This document shows positions 13,592 through 26,700 of a DNA stretch of 64,000 bases, in pieces. Position 1 is the stretch's first letter; every line of letters begins with the position of its first letter. The DNA is taken from contig CM038998.1 in NCBI GenBank assembly GCA_017499595.2, positions 4,216,001 through 4,280,000 of the forward strand. The letters are read 5' to 3'. The notes under the pieces are model-generated. The model searched no databases and was not told the DNA's origin. It saw only the letters and a list, made by a program, of their open reading frames with translations. Origin of the DNA: Psilocybe cubensis. Taxonomy: Eukaryota. A program made the translations under genes and the position numbers.

Positions 13592-15565
13592 CTACTCTAC
13601 TTCAGAGTCAGTGTAGTACGAATTTTCCACGTCGTCAAACATATCCTTTGGGAGGAAAGCAACCACCGGTCTTCCTATCTGGTCAGAAAACCCCAGATTC
13701 ACTGGGTTGCAATCGTCATCTCCCAATGAGGAGTCATCATCGTCAGAACCATAGTCACCCATATAACTGTCGCTAATAAATCCATCTAACTCGCTACAGT
13801 ATTCAGATTCGTCTTCGTCTTCCGACTTGTCGTCGTCATCCCCCGATTCCAATCCATTTTCTGAACCAGTGGCGCTTTCGGACTCATAATCAGTCGAACT
13901 GTCTGTGTACGATAATTCAGTGTCACTGCTTGAGTCTCCGCTCTGCTCCGAATCTTCGGCGTGCTTTAAAACTACTTCAATTTGGGCTCCATACCTAACA
14001 ATCTGCCTGATCAGTGCTTTGGTCGTCGATCCAAAACCAGGCGGTGGAGTGAAGTAATACATGTTGCAGGGTTCATATACCAGCCGGAGAATTTTGAGTG
14101 GCCTCCTCGACTCATCATTGAAATTGTTTCCCGACTGCCTGTCTAACCTCTTCTCAATCCCAAAAATATCAGGAACACGTTTCCCGAACTTGTGCCAATC
14201 GATCGGAGAGCGCGATACGTACTCGAAAGATTCCAGAACAGGGAGAAACATATCGAAACTGTAAGCAATGTTTTGGAACTGGGGTGGTCGTCTTAAGCTC
14301 GTACGCGACAGACGTTCGAAGAGGGGTTTGACGGTATATCTTGCATTGGAATCTAAACGATTGGGAGCTATGCGAAGCTCTTTCAGGCGAGGTACTGATT
14401 TAAGAACGCGAAATAAATCATCATTGTTGATACCATGAAGCCCATCGAGGTCCAGTTTTGTTAAAGGCCAGGAGGAACGTTGCATCAATCCAGTAAAAGA
14501 ACTTGGATCAATAACTCGGTATATCGCACTGAGTTTTAGTTCGTCCAGACGAGTTGATGCGATGCCAGCGAAAAGGGTATCCAGATATCTAGCATGCGCC
14601 ACACGTATGGAAAACATCCTCAGCGACGTATGAAAAACGGGTGAAGACCAATCTGGGTATGGAAATACTCCCCGTCGACTCTCTATGAGACACAATTTAG
14701 TCATGAGTGGCGCTTCACGCAACATTTTGAGCAAGTCCTTAACACTGATATCCTGTAAATTAGCTTCATTGAGGTTAAACCAGGAAGCCCTGATCGAGCT
14801 TAGATAGATGGAATCGAGACAAAGCGTTTTTGGGGCAGGCATCGACGTGACTCCGGCGGCGGCCACGTTTGCTAGCGCGAGGGAGTGGCCAGGTGGGGGA
14901 GGTTCGCGATCAGAATAACGCACTAAGAAATAACGATCAAAGAAATCGGCGCCATGCTCTGTGCTATTCATATGTATCAATTCCTGCAAGTTGGTGGGCT
15001 GGCCAGCGATCATCTCCATAAGCACCGTAGGCAAGTCGAGGCGTAAAACGGTCCAGTGTAGCGAAGACGCGTTGACGATACGGGCGAACCGCTTAAACTG
15101 CTCCAAATGTCCATCCCAAACTTCATCGCCGAGAGCATAGATGTGCATTTCCGACGGTCGATTCCCAGCACGATCTATCCATATCTCTGCCATATCAATC
15201 GATTGCTCCAGGCTCTCGACTGTAAGAGGGATAGATACGTGTTTCCAAAGGCTTGGTGTTCCTTCAACGATATCGCGCCACTGTTTGGAGACCAATCGCA
15301 ATGTCCAGAGACCCTTCTTCAGCCCCTGATCTTTGTACTCGCTAGGTTCTTCATGGAGACAGGATGCGAAAATTGCAGTCACCAATTCGAGGGGAATTTT
15401 GGCCACAAGGTTATCGGACCCGCCGATCGGATGCACATCAAGTGCAACAGCGTTGGGCCTGCCAATACTGTCGCTTGTTGTGCCTAGTCCCACCGTACTG
15501 CGGCTCGTGGTCGATGGCAGGTCCAGCTGCCTGTCTGGATCGACGAGAGACGCGTCTTCCAGCAT
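13592..15565 (-). CDS. F-box-like / RNI(LRR)-like protein with acidic C-terminal tail (agaric-expanded family), intronless
   Basis: 657-aa ORF; IPLELVTAIF..CL...LVSKQWRDIV..TPSLW F-box-like motif, LxxLxL repeats, D/E/S-rich tail. Confidence 0.8.
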   Translation of the reverse strand: MLEDASLVDPDRQLDLPSTTSRSTVGLGTTSDSIGRPNAVALDVHPIGGSDNLVAKIPLELVTAIFASCLHEEPSEYKDQGLKKGLWTLRLVSKQWRDIVEGTPSLWKHVSIPLTVESLEQSIDMAEIWIDRAGNRPSEMHIYALGDEVWDGHLEQFKRFARIVNASSLHWTVLRLDLPTVLMEMIAGQPTNLQELIHMNSTEHGADFFDRYFLVRYSDREPPPPGHSLALANVAAAGVTSMPAPKTLCLDSIYLSSIRASWFNLNEANLQDISVKDLLKMLREAPLMTKLCLIESRRGVFPYPDWSSPVFHTSLRMFSIRVAHARYLDTLFAGIASTRLDELKLSAIYRVIDPSSFTGLMQRSSWPLTKLDLDGLHGINNDDLFRVLKSVPRLKELRIAPNRLDSNARYTVKPLFERLSRTSLRRPPQFQNIAYSFDMFLPVLESFEYVSRSPIDWHKFGKRVPDIFGIEKRLDRQSGNNFNDESRRPLKILRLVYEPCNMYYFTPPPGFGSTTKALIRQIVRYGAQIEVVLKHAEDSEQSGDSSSDTELSYTDSSTDYESESATGSENGLESGDDDDKSEDEDESEYCSELDGFISDSYMGDYGSDDDDSSLGDDDCNPVNLGFSDQIGRPVVAFLPKDMFDDVENSYYTDSEVE

Positions 15566-16487
15566 TGTAGAAGTGGTGGGTGTTGAAGAAAGTCGTCTGT
15601 GGATGTGGCATCTCCCCTTGCTATTTTAACGATGTGGTGGCACAGATGTCCGTAGTTTAGAACACAATGGGACACCATGATCGTGAAAGGGGACTGAGTG
15701 GCTTGCCTTGAGGCGACTGTGATTTTACAGGCGCCATATGAAACGCGAACAATGGGAGTGATAGTTACTAGCCTCAACTAGCGTACGTGAAAGGGCATGA
15801 AAGGGTTTTCGAAATTCGAAATTCGAAGGCGGCCCGTCTCAAAACTCCGAATAAATTATCAGAGGATGTAATGCCGACGCGCCTTTGTATGACCTACCCA
15901 TCTAGAACATTATCACAATTCACTTAATCCAGCAAATTCGAAAACAAATCCACAGGTTGAACTGTGTATCTAGTACAATACGAGAAACTTGCACAACAAA
16001 CAAACGACGAGGTATGCTAAAATAGGGAGAGTAAGAAGAAAAAAAAATACGTGCGCGCGTAAAATATGCCTGAGTTGAAGCTTGCCGTGAATGGTGATAA
16101 TATTGGTGAAGTGAAGATGAATTGAAAAAGTGAAGCGAGGGCCGTAGTAAATATGCAGTTGGTCGTGATGAGATAAAAAGAATCTTGAATGTTGGCGTTA
16201 GGTCGGTTAATGGTATATGGGAGCTGTCGGAGGGAGGTTGGCAGTTGAGGGGAAATGAACGGACGTGGCTAGGTCGGAGGAACAGAGGATGGCGTTGGGA
16301 CGGCGTGTCGGAAGGTATTCTATCCCACTTGCATTACGGTCTTCACCGACAGATCCACAAGATCAAGCAAGGAAGGGTGTATGTATATCTATATGAAGCG
16401 ACGACAACAAAAAAAGATCCAAAAAATCCATTCCAATCCAACCCTGAGTGATAAAAATGGGGGAGTAAGGAGAAATTAATCCAACCT

Positions 16488-18508
16488 CTAATCAGTTTTG
16501 ACCTTGGAGGCAGCGTCCTCGGCTTGCTGGAGCGTCTCGAGCTTGCTTACGACATCGCCCAACCTCTGCCCGACCTTCACTTTCTGACCAGGGTGCACAG
16601 TGAACTCAAAGTCGCTGGGAGCCTCGAATACAAGCACAATGGTGCTGCCGAGGCAGAATCCACCCATCTCTTCCGCGGGTGTCAGGGGCTGGCCGCGCAG
16701 GATGGGAGAAGCAGCGGAGTAGACGGCTTCAGTGTATGCACCGGGAGGAGGACGCTTGCCACGGAGGTTTGTTCGTAGGTCCTGAAACGAAAACTCATTC
16801 CTTTCACTATTCATCCGGATAGAGCGAATCCTACCTGATCAAAGTTAATCTTAATGCTACCAACGTTCGTGGCTCCGACAGGAACCATTCCGAAGAATCC
16901 ATGTTTCCATCTTCCAAGAAGAGCGACGCGCTCGTTGAGCACAAACAAGTTCTCGAGGCGCTTAGCCATCCAAGGAGATACCGAAAACAAGTCGCCTAAG
17001 GAGGTCGGTCAGCTTGTTATAACTAAACAGAAGTTTTTATACTAACCAACAAAGTGTCTCCTCTTCTCCACAACCCAAGCAGTGGGGCTGTGGAACCGAT
17101 GATAGTCTCCCGGTGCCAGATAGATGACAGAGAAAAACAACTTATTGCCTGGCCTGACATGTTTACCCGAAGTGACGCTTCGTCTGCGCTGAACGGCAGC
17201 AGCAGCTTCGGATTTCACGCCCATCTGGAGAGCGACGGAGGCATCGTGCACTAGGGTCTCCTCGATGTTGCGCTCCGAGCCAACTGATGCGTCGATTTGA
17301 TCTCCGAATTTCTTAGGGACATGATCATCTGCTGCACTTTCGGACTCAGAAGTGGGCGTGCCAAGCAATGTCTGTGATGACGACGAAGATGCTGGCTCCG
17401 AGGTAGGCGTAGTGGTCCCAGGCGTCGAGGGCGTTGAGGCTCCAATGAGTTGTTCCAGACTGTATTCGATTCCATTGACAATTGCAAACTCGTGGTCGTC
17501 CACGACGGACATGTCACGGTTGTGAGGGACAATGGTGGACGTTGGTGAGCCAGGGCGCTCAATACCCAGCAATGCATCCAGAGAGTATGTAATGCCTTTC
17601 ACTTGCTCGACGCGCGACTCTTGAACAGTGCCGAAATGTAACATTGTCCCGTCTGCAGGGCTTACCTGCATCCCAAAATAAATTTAAGATAACAAATCCC
17701 CATCGAGAACTTTTTTACTCACCAAAATAGCATCATCCACAGGCCTCGCGCCGTCTTTCAATTTCCTGTAGAAGAATGCGCCAAGACTGGGGTATTCACG
17801 CAGATCCGAAGCGTCGATTTCATCGAGGTTGCATCCAAATGAATAGGCATAAAGACGGATACCATAAGGGCGGAACCAGACCGGGAGTTCGAGGGAGTTG
17901 AGGTAGCCCCAGAGGCGGGACATGTTGCGCAGTGGCAGAGCGCCGATAACGTGTACCTGTTTAGCCGAGAGCCAGCATCAGCCTGGGGATTTGGGGAGGG
18001 GATGGAGATGGGTACTGACGTGCCATGGGCCCTTCAGCTTGATGACCTCTAGCCCGTCCTCGTTCAGCTCGACCTCCTGGCGTGCGCGCTTGACCTTTTT
18101 CCTGTATTGAATAGCGACCAGCAGGAGTGCCCCTACTGCCAGGGGCAGTGGGTACCATTTTGTCGGCGTCTCCGTCCACGCATTGACGAGTCTCCCTACA
18201 AATCACTCAACAACAGAGCCAGCATTGCACATAAGAAGCCACGCACGATACAGAGGCAGCCCTGAGCCAGGGATACCGTTGGGCGCACCGCCAGCACCCT
18301 CAGCTGCGCCGCCTCCTTTCGTTGAATACGCCCTCCTCAGCCCCTGATTCTTCACTGTTTTGAAGAGCGCTGAGGTCTTGTTCGTGCTGTGCACCCAGCA
18401 ACGGGCAAAGACTGACGAAGCTGAGCCGCACGATGCATTGATGACTTTTGACGCAGCATACAACGGTTTCTTTCCCTTGGTCAGGATGGTTTTCCTGGAA
18501 AATAGCAT
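16488..18508 (-). CDS. PSD1: Mitochondrial phosphatidylserine decarboxylase proenzyme, multi-exon
   Basis: Basic presequence-like N-terminus, [45 protein letters not shown] and the autocleavage motif [11 protein letters not shown]. Confidence 0.93.
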
Positions 18509-20184
18509 CAGATAGCGGGGGTCGTCAGTTCTAGTAGTGGCGCATAAAAAGCGTAAATGGAGGAGAATTTGAAATGTATAGAGGAGGTGGAGGTGAAGAG
18601 GAGGAAGTAGTGGTAACGCACGAGGTCTTTGTCCCTGTTGCACTGCTCAGCATAATTACGGTATTGCCTGGCCGGCCTATCACGCGAGCTGGTATCATCA
18701 CCGGCAATTTTCGTCTCTCAGAGGGGTCTTTCTGCGCCTTGTCGCCCCTTGTAAGCTTTGTCGACGATACAGACGGCGTAAAGAGATCCTGAGAGTCCTG
18801 GAGCAAGAAAGATGATCTCGAGAGCTGAAAATATCATTTTTGGCTACAGGAATAAAGTTGTACGCATATTTGCGGAATCGGTTGTGCCGATGGATGTAAA
18901 TGTGGAGAGCATGTAACGTTAACATTATAAATAAGGATGCTATCTAGCTCAAAAAATATGGGCTTTACAGGCAATTATCCAGATCCTGGAGTACGTACTA
19001 CGCCTTCATGATGATCATCTCGAGCGACGTCCAAGAATACAAATCTTCGAGCAATGACGCCGAGCCATGTGAAAAGAAACGCTTCCATTTTCAGCAGAGA
19101 CTATTTGGCTTGGCAATTGCCACCGTATGTCCGCCTTCCAGACAGTACGAGCCGTACATGGGTTCTGGAAATTATCAAAACACCAAAAAAAAATTGGTAG
19201 TAAGTAAGTGGAAGCAATGTGCATGAACAAGCAAAAAAGGACGACACAGCTAATGTATGCAGGATATGCTAGATACAGCAAGGCAAATTTACAGTCGCTA
19301 AGTAGTCACTGAGACACTGAAGAGCCGAGGATAATCACCGTAACAATGTATTCAAAAGGTTTCAGCGACGCAAGCGTTCAAATACAGCGGTCTTGCACCA
19401 ATTGGCACCCAAATTCTTCGTTGCGCTGTCACTGTCAGTTGAGTTCAACAAACAATTCTGAATCAAAGGCAAGACTTTATTGGAGTTGAACAAAAGAGTA
19501 ATAATTTCGGGAGATGACAAACTGGGAAGGTTCGAGCTGAGATTAAATCGGGAATTGAACGACTTGGAAAAAATCGATCCGGTCTCCACTTCGGGCAAGC
19601 ACAACGAGGGATGTATAATCTCTAGGTTCAGGCAAGAAAGTCCCTTTCTGTAATTCCACTATTATCACAGAGGCCACGAAACTTGCCGTCTGTATTTTGA
19701 AATAAAGAAGGGGTGTATCAAACTCCTAAGGCCTTACATTGTGTACAACCCCCTGTCAATTAGTCCAAGATTGCTAGTATCGATGTACTAACCACTACAC
19801 TCCCGCCATCTAGAAACACGATGCACTACAGAAACAGCCTTGACGGAAATTACTGGAAACAGAAAAAGGATACACAATATATCTAGCTCCATCTAAAATA
19901 ACAACCTTGGTCAGTCTGACAAGTTCTCGAGCGAGGCTGGAGGCTGGGAAGTGAGCGCTCACCGGCGCTTGCGTTGGATCCTTCTTATTCGATTATAATG
20001 TTGCGATGACTAGTTATGTATAGGACTAGTTACTCTCCTGGGCAGATGGTTTTGGAAGATTTGCATTCTCAACCAAGAATGACCGACATTCCCCAGCTAT
20101 CGGATTGGGGGCGAGGAATAGATGCTGTAGGGCTGTCGGTCTCGGCAGCCTCACTAACGGCCTAAACGGAAAGGACAACGCTCT

Positions 20185-20283
20185 CTTCGTTGCGTAACGG
20201 TCTGGTTAATACATGTAATCTGTAGTCTACAATAATATACTCACCTTCGTTGCGTAACGGTCTGGTTAAGGCAACGAAGGTGA
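20185..20283. repeat. 25-bp direct repeat whose second copy overlaps a 13-bp inverted repeat
   Basis: cttcgttgcgtaacggtctggttaa at 20185-20209 and 20245-20269; tcaccttcgttgc (20241-20253) pairs with gcaacgaaggtga (20271-20283). Confidence 0.85.
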
Positions 20284-20936
20284 TTTGTGATCTCTTTTGT
20301 CCTTCGGTCTCAATGTCTCGCTAAGCGACTTAGCGAGGCCTGATCTATGCTCTCGTTGGCGTGCTTTCGCGTGTCTGTGTGCTTTGGGCGGTCGTGGTAA
20401 GCCTCCAAGCTTACAGATGCCATTGTATAAATATTACATCATTTATCTTAATTATATTGAAAGCGGTTGGGAGCGATAATCCTTGGCATTCACGGATGAA
20501 GGAGTTAGATGACAGCATCAAGCGCCGGATGTGTGATTTAAGCGCCCAGTAGTCAAGGTAAATGTGAATGTTCTTTTACGCTTGCTGGTTGGTTAGAGGT
20601 GAAAATGCATTACATATGTTTTCTAAGATTTGTTAAACTGCCATCTTCTACTAACATCTTCTACATATTTAATTTGTTGAAGTTGGCCTATCATTTGTGG
20701 GATTCGTGAGTGCCTTGGGATAAGAATAGTGCTCTTGCATGTGATGCATTTGATTATTAGGTTAGTGTCTTTCTTTCCCATGAATTGAAAAGAAGCTCAT
20801 CTTCCTAAAGCTTTGATTCCTCGCGAATAGCCGGCCTCATTCCAGTCGACGTTACGTGACTTGACATCGTCAACGATTCGAGAATACCGCGGTCGACATC
20901 GAAGCACGGAGTTAAGCACCTTTATCCAGAACCACC

Positions 20937-23108
20937 ATGCCACCGTCTGAGACGACCCCGTTGCTCCCAGCAGGCCAGACCCAATCGTCGCCATCTTTCT
21001 ACTTCCTTCGCTCCTATTTCAACATTCTTTTGGTTTTTATTCCGTTGGTTACTCTCGCCCACCGTCTCGACTGGAGCGCCGATTTACGCTTAGTCTTTGG
21101 ATTGCTTGCACTTGTGCCTCTGCCAGGAGTAAGTGGATGGTTTTTGTTAGCCAGTTCAGATACTTACTGTTGGGCTGTGGTACATCACATTCTTAGCTTG
21201 TTCGAGGTTCGACAAAGCAAGTGTCGGTTCTTCTCCACCCGATAGCCGCTATAATATTCGACACATCTTTTGTGGATCTTGTTGAGATAATTGTCAATGT
21301 GGTAGCCCTAATTAGAGGTATTGTTTTATTCGTTGCTTGTGTATACCTTTTCCTTAACTCTTTACATTTGCAATAAAAGACGATGTACTGCTAATTCGGG
21401 CGTTTGTAAGTGCCTTTCAACTCAAGATCCTGTGTGTTCAACTTGGAGACATCATTGTACAGATTCTCGGTTCAGTACTTGCCAATATCTTGTTTGTGTT
21501 GGGATGTGCTTTCGTCGCTGGTAAGCTCTCACCTCATCAACTCTTTCCTCTGCAACCATCTCCCCTTCAGCTGGATACAGAAGATCCGAAACAAAATTCC
21601 AGGCTACAAGGGCGCAAGCGTGAGTTTATTTCACTGAAGTCGATCATCATTTTTCTCATTTTTGCAACTTAGTTCAAGTTCGGTGGGTTAACCTACCTGT
21701 AATTGTTGAGCCGCATTGCTATTATACTCATTCCGACACATCAAGCTCATGACATTGACCATTTGCACGGGTAAATATCTTCTGTTATATTTTTAATATG
21801 TGCATCTCATTAGCATTGACATATAGGATTGGTTATTCCTGCTGCATATTCGGCTACATTGGATGGTACTAGGCTATAACAATTACTTCAAATTATATGT
21901 GTGATAAGTTGTTTAGATACCTCCAACACCGGCGGACTCCTTATTATTCACAGAGGAACAGCGATTGTACTACTAGGGGCATATTTTGCCTTCCTGTACT
22001 TCCAGGTTCGTGTTGGCATTAAAACAGAGTGTCTTGCCGTCTTAACCTTGCTCCAACGTGCAGCTGTACTTTGTTCCTCAGAATCAAGATGGAAGGGAGG
22101 GTGTTGTGGAGTGGGGTGACCGCGACTGGGTTTCTGGTCGTATTAGAGAGACTAATGGAGGGCCCGATGCGACTGTTAAGAATGCCATTTTCGGAGCCAT
22201 ATCGTCAGAACAGTACTGTTTGTGGAGATGAGATGCACCATTGATGTTTGATTTGTAGGCTATCGGTCCTCGGGGTTGTAACATACTTCTGTTCGAAGTA
22301 CTGTGAGTATATTGACATTTTTTAATTGGTGAAATGGGAGTCCTAACGTCACACCAGTGATAATCTCTATCCAGGACTTTTCAACAGAATATGAAGCATC
22401 GAAAACTTTGATTGGGTTGATTCTGCTACCTCTCATTGTGAGTCTTGTGGCTGCCTTATTCTTTGTACTCATTCATTCTACATCAGGTAAACCTAACAAA
22501 ACACATTGGCTCTGTTCGCGTTGCTGTTGAGGATGAAATGGAGTTGACCATCATGTACTGCGTCGGGAGCTCTATTGTAAGTTATATTGGCTGGATATGT
22601 TAATCAATTCTGGACATGATTTTGACCTCTTCCCAGCGCATCGCAAACTTTGTCGCGCCGTTGTTGATTATTGGCAGCTGGGTGTAAGATTGTTTCTTTC
22701 TCATTCGGAATCAAAGAGACAAACCAATTTAACAGGTCAGGCCACACCTTCACGTTCTCCTTTGCTAACTTTGAGACTGTTGTCCTGTTCGTGTCGGTCG
22801 TTTTGGTCAATACCTTGATCCAGTAAGTAAATTATTGTATCTTGAAACGTGCTCTTGTAATGTCTTGACTCTAAACAGAGACGGGAGATCAAACTATATG
22901 GAGGGATTGATGTATAGTTTCCATTCATGCTTCTCGGAGTCTCATTCATTCTGACAAACTTTTTTTTTGGGTTAGGTTGATAGGCTTGTATTTCATCATA
23001 CTCCTAGCATGTAAGTCCTTCAAGTTGTTGGCAAATAAATCACCATTTCATGTACAATTTTAATGCTTGTATTTACTCACAGTCGGAATGTCTCCTGGGT
23101 CAGCATAA
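20937..23108 (+). CDS. Divergent Ca2+/H+ exchanger (CAX/Vcx1-like), many short exons
   Basis: ETTPLL N-terminus, NILLVFIPL, GSVLANILFVLGCAF, RGTAIVLLGAYFAFLYFQ, FIGLILLPL, MELTIMYCVGSSI, FANFETVVLFVSV and DGRSNYMEG; stop about 23106-23108. Confidence 0.8.
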
Positions 23109-23780
23109 ACGTTTGCTGTGATAAGACAGGTTTTTTTTGGGTTGAATTGTTGATAGTTAATATGTTCTCCTTTGGTCATCGCTTTATTTTGTAAGCAGTG
23201 TAAATTTATATCAGCCATAGCTTTGTGAATAAAAAATTATTTCATGAGCTTTTGGTTAATGTCGATTCATAAAAATGCTTACCCACCTATCGATCCAAGC
23301 CTTTTAAAACTCCTATCATTGCTACACAATTGATGTCGGCGTCGCGTCTGGCCACGCGTCATATCACGTGTCATTGTTTTCAACGACCGCCACGCCCATG
23401 CAACTTTCTTTCATTCAAGTTCTTCTCATCGCTCCATTGGTTTTTATCTTACTTTCGGCGTTGAAATTGACACTGTATTATCTTTACAAACAAATCTCTT
23501 TCATTGAACCAGCCATGCACATGAATATCTCCGAGGCAGCTTTGTGGCGATGACTGTTCCATAAAAAGGTTTAGGACCCTGAAATGTCAGAGCGCCCACG
23601 CTGTTTCAAGACGACAAATATGGCACCGCTTCCTGCTGCAGCTCGATAAACCGCCCACAACTTGAGGGTTCTGAGACGAACCAGTAACCTTGTGTAGGTG
23701 AGCACAATCACTGCATAGATATCCAATCTTGCAAATAACATATATGACTACGACAGACGGTGCAAGGCCGCGGCGGGGCA

Positions 23781-26700
23781 ATGTCTGGCGTTGGCACGAC
23801 TGTAGTCGATGGCATTCAGGAAATTTCAGCACTTTTACCCCTTCTCGGGAGCGAGCAATGTGAAGAACATGTTGGGTCTGCACTTTACAAAGGATTCATT
23901 TATGTCTGCATTTCCCCCATATCAATCTTCGGAAGCCTTGGCATAGTGAAGGCAGGATTCAACGTTTTCCTCGCAAGTCTCAACATCCAACCGATGCGCT
24001 TCCTCGGTGCAAAGAAATTGATAGATGGCGGATTTCGTCCCAAAGGATCCGTAGCGCCCTTGATTGCTCTGGATCCTGAGCATCCAAATCGATTTTTGGT
24101 GGAAAGCAAGTTGGAGAAGATGCTGGCCGATGAAAATATTGACAATGTGGGGAACTTGACCGTTTCATGGGACGAAGGGAATTTGATGTGGAACCTCAAG
24201 CTTGTGCTGTTCACACTACTTAGCGCGCCGCTCGGACTGGCACCCTACCTATTTTTTATCCTCAAACCTCGCGATCTTGAGACAAGCACCGATCCTTTTC
24301 TGCTTGCAGGTTGGGGTTTTCCAATCATACGCATACTGGGATCGGTGATCTGCGTTGTTGTGGTCCAATTTTTGATCCAGATTCGGGTCCTTGTTATCAT
24401 CCGAATGCGATTACTCTTCATGTCAGTCGACCGCATCGCAAAGGATATGAATATCAACCTGGAGTCAAAATTTCACAATCTGTCATGGAGCTCCCATTTG
24501 ACATCCGAAACTTGCATATGGGGTCTTCAAGATTGGTTGAAGATATACGCCGATGAGGAGACCAACGGGACCAATATCAAACGTTGTTTTGAGGCCGCGC
24601 GACGCAGACAGTTTCCCCCACAGTCGCGACTAACCAAATTCATTCGGCCATCCGCTGACTTCACACTCCACATCCTCCTTGCCATTGGACTCATTCTTTC
24701 GGTGATCGGTTACATCGGATGCTTCAACCTTGTTTCAAACGCATCTGATACCTCGGCTGGGCCTGTGGTGTGGGTTGCACTGGAGGCCTTGCTCTCCGTT
24801 CTCAGAATTGTCGTGTGGGCATTTAACCCTTCCTGGGACGATTCAAAAGGAATCACGTTCAATCTAAGGCTCGCCTCTCATTCGCCTTTGATAACCTGCA
24901 ACAAATCGGATGACGACATCAAAGAAGATGGCGTCGTTCCAGTTGACAGGAGCACCACTTTCCTTGAAGAAATAGTCGCCTACACAGGGCCTTTACCGTC
25001 CTTCAACTGGAACAATATCGCATTGTATTATATCCTCACGGCTGAAGATGCGCCCTCCCCGTGTCCGCCAAATGCTACTTTACATGCGATCCTCTATGTG
25101 GTTATTAGCGACTACAAAGAACAAACCTGCCGCGCCCTCACAAAACGGCCCGGAGATGACCACCCGTTCGACATCTACGTCGCGTCTCTCGAGTCGGATC
25201 GTAGAAGTACCGTTGTCAATCTCAAGTTTAAGACAACAAACGACGGGAAGCGTGTGCTCACAACTCCAAAGACCCACTCTCTGACCGCAGACACGCGATT
25301 TATGGAGGAACTGGCACGGCATTATGATAAGATTATCGCGCAGCTTCGGAAGAGGAAGAAGATTGTTGGATTTCGCACCACATGGGATTTGCGCAGACCC
25401 AGTGAGACGACCTTGAAGAGGGAGGATCTGGAAGAAGATGAAATGTCCGTGTCTGTGGTAGTGGTGGATGGCAAGCAGGGATCTCAGCTCGGGGAAACGA
25501 TAGGCGAGAAAGAGACCCATTCCAAGGACAAGATTGAGGAACATGACTCAAACAAAAGTGATATTGATCATCAGGAAGTTGAGGAGAAGGAAAAGTCAAA
25601 CGAAGGCCACTCGGGCATTGAGGAGCATGAGGGAGACAGGATCGAGGAGAAACACGAGGGAGAGAATACAGAAGAAGTGGAGGATCAGAAAGATCAGGAA
25701 GACAAAGGGGGTGGGGAAGACAGCGAGGGAGGAGCTGAAAGAAATGTTGAGGACGGAGAAGAGGAGGATGAAAAACGGGAGGAGGGAGAGGAGGAGGGAG
25801 AATGGGAAGACGGAGAGGAGGAGGGAGAGGAGGAGGAAGCAAAGGAAGAGGATGAAAGTCAGAAGAAGGCTGAGGGTTCTGTACATACCTCTTTGGTGTC
25901 CAGTGACCCGAAACGACTATCTGGAGAGTACCCAACGCGGTTGGTTTTACAACTAACACCCGAAGATGTTGTCTACATCCGCCAAGGCCAAGTCGAGAGG
26001 CGATGGCGCGAATTATACAACCGTCTAGAAGAGTGGGTCGAGATGTTCGTCGGGCTCTACAGCGAAGAGTTATTGCAAGACGTACCTGCCGATCTCACAT
26101 TTGCACCAGGCGAATCCGTATCAATAATTCAGAAATACGAAGCTAATGAGGCTGAGTACCTTCTCATCGAATGCCGAACTCAAATGGAACACCTTTTGGC
26201 TGGTATTGCCATTAAATGGGACTCTTTCGTACATGCCAACCACGTACAAATGGTCAAATCTATCCTGGAGAACACTTTCCCCGAAAGTGAAACCAAAATG
26301 GCAAGTAACGAAGACAAGTGGCTCGACGACGACGTAAAGCATTATTTGAGGAGCAGAAGGGAGAAACTACGCGGCAGATTGCTCTCTGAATGGCAGAGGC
26401 TTGCGCAATCCACCACGAGGTCCAGAGTCGAGGCAATGCGGGCTCGTATTGACATTCATAGCAAGTCTTGTCGGCAAAGAATATCAAGAAGAAAATACCA
26501 TGATCCTGAATCGGAACATCTTCTCGGAATCTGGAATAACCGCCTGCAACGTGTGGATGAACAAATATCAGTATCGGGGAATCAGTTGCTTCAACCTGGA
26601 GACAATGAGCACCCTGCTCTTAGTACCGCCGTGGGTGACCAAGCCATCGACACCGACACATATCTGGTCAATCCTCAGTACCAGAAAGACATGGAAGAAC

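Noticed and set aside
16488..18508. PSD-family gene as the psilocybin-pathway decarboxylase PsiD
   Set aside because: It has a mitochondrial presequence-like N-terminus, a TM segment and the PSD1-type LGST motif, and no kinase, methyltransferase or P450 cluster genes are nearby.
18800..20150. Short ORFs upstream of PSD1
   Set aside because: No recognisable motifs or consistent splice model; treated as intergenic.
25500..25870. GA-rich low-complexity tract as a satellite, or the overlapping antisense Pro/Leu-rich ORFs as genes
   Set aside because: It simply encodes the Glu-rich linker of the 23781-27620 protein; the other-frame ORFs are shadows.
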